This document shows, in pieces, positions 35,420 to 41,602 of a DNA stretch of 41,602 nt. Source of the DNA: Rozella allomycis CSF55 (Eukaryota). A program made the translations under genes and the position numbers. Positions within the stretch are counted from its first letter, which is position 1. Each line of letters opens with the position of its first letter. Under the pieces are notes generated by a model. That model searched no databases. It worked only from the letters and a program-made list of their open reading frames with translations, and had not been told where the DNA came from. The stretch spans positions 1 through 41,602 of the forward strand of contig KE560467.1 of NCBI GenBank assembly GCA_000442015.1. Reading direction: 5' to 3'.

Positions 35420-36295
35420 ATGACAAGTGAAAATGGAAGCAATCAAAGACCATTAACAGCGAGACCGATCACTTCTCGACCAATAACTTCAAGAACTGTG
35501 CGTACATCAACCAAGTCAACTACATCTAACGAAACATTAAAGAGTTTTAACTTGTCAAGAGAGTTTTTATTAAAATGCGTTGGAAACTTGGATACATTCA
35601 GCACAGTCACTGAATTAACTTTAAAGGTTGATTTTACTCAGCTAGATTCTAATAATTTTGGCTTAAAAATACCTAATCTACGAATCCTATGTTTCAAGGA
35701 ATCAAAAATTAATTCATTAAAAGATATTGGAGTTGGGTTCGATAATATTACAGTCTTAAATATTTCTAATTGCGATTTAAAAAGTCTAGATGGGATTGTC
35801 AATTTCCCATCGTTAATAGAGTTCTTTGGATCATCAAATAAAATTAAAGATTGTGACATTCTTTGGCAACTGAATAACTTGGAGATTTTGGATCTTGAAT
35901 CAAACCAGATCGAAACATTTGAACAGGTAGAGTTTTTAGGACTATGTCCAAAGTTGAATAGTCTCAGTTTAACAAACAATCCAATATACAATAAAATACT
36001 AAATAATGCGTCAGAAATGGCATTATTTTCTTCAAAATCCCTTCCCCCGAAAGTGTGGTACCGATCTTTGCTTAAAATGATCATACCTTCTTTGAATTGT
36101 CTTGATGAATGCCAAATAGATCTTCAAGATACACTTTTAAGTGTTACTGATATAGAAAAGTTTAAATCTTTAATAATTAGTGGAGATTTAAACTCTCTCA
36201 GTAGTCGGAAAACAAATGAATCATTTAAGAATCCATCATTGATATTTTGCGGGTCTCCAATTTTATCATTGCGCAGATTAATTAATAGAACTTGA
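35420..36295 (+). CDS. LRRC56: LRRC56/ODA8-like ciliary LRR protein
   Basis: PNLRIL..SKINSLKDIGVGFDNITVLNISNCDLKSLDGI..LEILDLESNQI..EQVEFLGLCPKLNSLSLTNNP, plus LRRcap YRSLL..IIPSLNCLD. Confidence 0.72.
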   Translation: MTSENGSNQRPLTARPITSRPITSRTVRTSTKSTTSNETLKSFNLSREFLLKCVGNLDTFSTVTELTLKVDFTQLDSNNFGLKIPNLRILCFKESKINSLKDIGVGFDNITVLNISNCDLKSLDGIVNFPSLIEFFGSSNKIKDCDILWQLNNLEILDLESNQIETFEQVEFLGLCPKLNSLSLTNNPIYNKILNNASEMALFSSKSLPPKVWYRSLLKMIIPSLNCLDECQIDLQDTLLSVTDIEKFKSLIISGDLNSLSSRKTNESFKNPSLIFCGSPILSLRRLINRT

Positions 36296-36805
36296 ATAGA
36301 ATAATTAAAATTCATTTTGAACATAGAAAGTTAATGCATGACTCTAAATATTAGTCGTCGACTAAGATAATAAAGGGTATCTATTTTTAAATTATGCATT
36401 TATGTACGCGAATATTACTTTAAAAGCTTTTTTCAATTGGATTTTTCTCTGGTAAATGAAGTATTCTTCTTTCTTGCGCCAATATCCAATAAAAAGAGGT
36501 TTACTCGGATATTAACTCATTCATTAGTTAATATTACTATAACCCATCTTACATTCAGTTCCTTATTACAATGAATGTCATTTCCAGGGATCCTGTTAAA
36601 AATGTTAAATATCAGAGAGAAGTTAGAACATCTAGAGTAGGCCTAGGGGCAAACTGAAACATTTCTTCCAGAATTTCCAGGCATGAATTAATGGCTAAAC
36701 GATTATATAATTTAAGGGAAGTCTATGAAATCTAAATTCTAAAATAATCAGCTTTTCGGTGCTTTTTTTAGTAAATGCTATATTTCCTTTTGGAGTTAAA
36801 TCAAT

Positions 36806-37352
36806 TTATTCTGACGCTTTAAGTTTTAGTATATGTGAATTAAAAATATATTTGTTTTCTTCAAAGACATGCTTGGGTAAATATTTGGCGCCTTGAACCT
36901 CTTTGATGCACTGTATTCATAAACAGGTTGTACTTTACCTTTGGATGTGAACACCAACATTGAAATGGCTGATCCATATCCCACTCAGTAGTTGGATAAA
37001 AGAAAGTCAATTCCGCACCAGGTGCGATGTCTTTCATTGCAATCACAAATCTATTATCAGTGTCGACGTTTACTGAGGGGTCGCATGAATGATTCATGTA
37101 TACCAAATCGCTATTCAATTCAATGTGATTGTTTTCCCCAATTTGAACTGTAGTGTACCTTTTCTTTGCTAATGTTAGTCCCTTCAATGGATAAATGATC
37201 TGACCAGCTTTGAAGTGTACCTTGGACACGAGTTTAGACGTGAAATTCTTTTCACCGTTTAATGGCTTTAAGACTTGCACCAATTCCGAAAGATCCTTAT
37301 TGAAAGATAATGGCTTATTCACATCAGTCTCGCATTCTTGATTGGATGGCAT
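36806..37352 (-). CDS. Small SET + post-SET domain protein
   Basis: YMNHSCDPS and ELTFFYPTTEWDMDQPFQCWC..C motifs. One intron near 36910-36938. Confidence 0.85.
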
Positions 37353-37491
37353 TTGTAAATTTCTAAATTAGCACTAAATTAATTTGATTTGTTTATTCAA
37401 AATTTATAATCATTAATGCAAACAAATATAGTTTATTGAATGTTTTGCACTCGTCCCAAGTGGCGCTCGACCAGGGTGTTCGAAATATTTT

Positions 37492-38526
37492 ATGTCTCTA
37501 GTGTAATATATTTTGTCGATTTTAATAAAGCAAAGTCGCCAAAACAGCGTTAGGCAAACGAATCTTGGAATCTCGAGAGCCCAAGGTTGTTGAAAATCCA
37601 AAATCTGTGCTAGTTATGAAGGGCCACAGAACAAGTCAAATAGTTATTCAAGCTCTAAATAATATAGTAATTTTAAAGAATATTTATTAAGCAGTATGCA
37701 TTAAAGAAGCCTTTTGGGATTCACTTTTCCAGAAAAAATGATATAAAACCATTTGAATCTGAGACTCCTTTGGAGTTTTTGTGTGAAAAGAATGATACAT
37801 CGCTATTTGCTATTGGATATCATACAAAGAAGCATCCTAATACAATTACTATGGGGAGATTATTCGATCATCATATATTGGATATGGTGGAACTATCGAT
37901 TGAGCAATTCAAGACTCTTGAAGATTTCAAAGTAACAAGATGCGAAACATTTTATGATAGGTTGAAAAATGTGCCGTTGGAGCAAAACCATCTATCATTT
38001 TTGTTGGCGAATTGTTTGAAATGAACGAAACATATCGCCATTTGAAGAATTTCTTTCTAGATTATTTCCGTGGCAAGGAGGTCAAAGTTATAGACTTGAC
38101 GGGTCTTGAGCATGTTATTGTATTCACAGCAACAGAAGCGAACATTTTCATGAGAACTTATCGTCCATTGCTTTTGAAGTCAGGAAATAAACTTCCCCGC
38201 GTTGAGCTTGAAGAGATGGGACCTAGATTTGATTTTAAAGTGGGAAGAACAAAGTTTGCACATGAAGAATTGATGAAACGCGCTACTCGTCAACCAAAAG
38301 AAACAATGGTAAGGTTTAAAATTCTATTTCAATGTAGAAACGCAAAAAGAAGAATATAGAATTTAATGCACTTGGAGAGAAATATGGAAGAGTTTATGTT
38401 GATCACCAAGATTTGTCTAAACTTCAAACTAGAAAAGTTAAGGCTTTGAAAAAGTACCTTTCAAAGAAAGAAGACGGTGAAGAAAAGCAAGCCAAGAAGC
38501 AAAAAATGGATGTAGATTCTGAATAA
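37492..38526 (+). CDS. RPF2: Ribosome production factor 2 (Brix domain)
   Basis: REPKVVENPK, KNDIKPFE, LEFLCEKNDTSLF, HTKKHPNTITMGRLFDHHILDMVEL, LPRVELEEMGPRFDF, QDLSKLQTRKVKALK. Confidence 0.93.
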
Positions 38527-38607
38527 TTAACAAATAAATTTAAAATTTCATTGACATTTTTGGTAGTTAATCATTTTAATTTCCATTTCAATGTGAAGAC
38601 AATTTAA

Positions 38608-40865
<2,258 letters not shown>

Positions 40866-40917
40866 TCTAATAAACCTTTACTCTTCTTTAGCCTTTTTCA
40901 TTTTCTTCATTGTGGCT

Positions 40918-41602
40918 NCTTGGATGATTTGTTGAATAAAGACATTGCGTTAAAGTGTTGAATAAAGACATTGCGTTAAAGGTATTTTCAAAGTGAATAT
41001 GCCACACCGAGCCATCATCTCCAATCCACACAAATTCCCAAGTATTGTTTAAGTCAGTGAGTAGACCAACAGCAGATCTTGCAACGTTTGTGGTAAAAGT
41101 ATCAGCAGCAATCAACGCAACCTTGATTTGATTAATATGCTCTCCTCAAAATTTTTCTTCAATTCAACAATTAAGCGGAGCCCAGCAAATATCGTGCGAT
41201 ATTTTTTAGCCAATCTGTCAAAAATGGCCCGATCTGCACCACTTTTGATATCATATTATCAAATAGCAATCTGGAATCATCCTTGATAGTTAGAAGCACC
41301 TTCTTTTGAAAAATACCCACTACTTGAATGTCATCAGGTAAATATGGCTTCAAGTAATCTTAAATATAATCCATGTAAGCTGCCACTTGACTTGGACAGT
41401 CCTCAGTCAATTTTGTCCATTGATAGCCTGGAATCCTAACTTCGACTTCAGGTTCTTCAACGTCAACAAATATCTCCTTCAGCTTCAAAGCGGTTGAGAT
41501 TTTTCTCCAATCTGACATCCCAATTCCAGATATAGACTTTGTCTCTCGCTTTCTCGATTCCTGCAGAATTTTTCTTGAATCTTGGCGATGATATTTGCCT
41601 CA
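40918..41602 (-). pseudogene. Crinkler (CRN)-type restriction-endonuclease-fold effector pseudogene, 5' end outside the window
   Basis: Reading across frameshifts gives YQWTKLTED..AYMDYI*..LLFD/IKSGADRAI..GLRLIVELKK..Q..ALIAAD..GLLTDLNNTWEFVW, the D...ExKK...Q...LTDL..W.F.W pattern of CRN REase domains. Premature TAA at 41360-41362 and a 26-bp tandem duplication at about 40931-40981. Confidence 0.7.

Noticed and set aside
36300-36800. 500-bp gap between convergent genes as a possible ncRNA or gene
   Set aside because: No ORF, RNA motif or repeat structure that I can support.

Overview
AT-rich, very gene-dense eukaryotic DNA with tiny (~26-30 nt) GT-AG introns and cilium-associated genes (TTBK-like kinase, LRRC56, CCDC13). 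This suggests a flagellated early-diverging fungal relative; it resembles Rozella/Cryptomycota, which is an inference. Conserved genes, most with introns, are CDC55, mL54, NOP53, MUS81, ACAD8, a TTBK-like kinase, a PPR protein, a Sds3-like protein, PGGT1B, LRRC56, a small SET protein, RPF2 and PGI1. Between them sit intronless, effector-like accessory genes: two F-box + 31-aa ankyrin-array genes, two signal-peptide + F-box + LRR genes, a signal-peptide AIG1/GIMAP GTPase, a bacterial-type AAA-ATPase, a retropepsin fragment and a Crinkler-type REase pseudogene. The most notable signals are (i) an ankyrin array built by shuffling 93-bp units with variable binding positions, (ii) a chimeric pseudogene joining the signal-peptide/F-box head of the LRR family to ankyrin repeats, inside a segmental duplication with MUS81 that was hit by a hAT element, (iii) a 15-17-bp motif found just 3' of three unrelated effector families, and (iv) two DJ-1/Hsp31 paralogues that both lack the catalytic Cys-His. 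Single Ns mark scaffold joins with overlapping, slightly divergent (probably allelic) copies, and one contig is misplaced inside PGI1.
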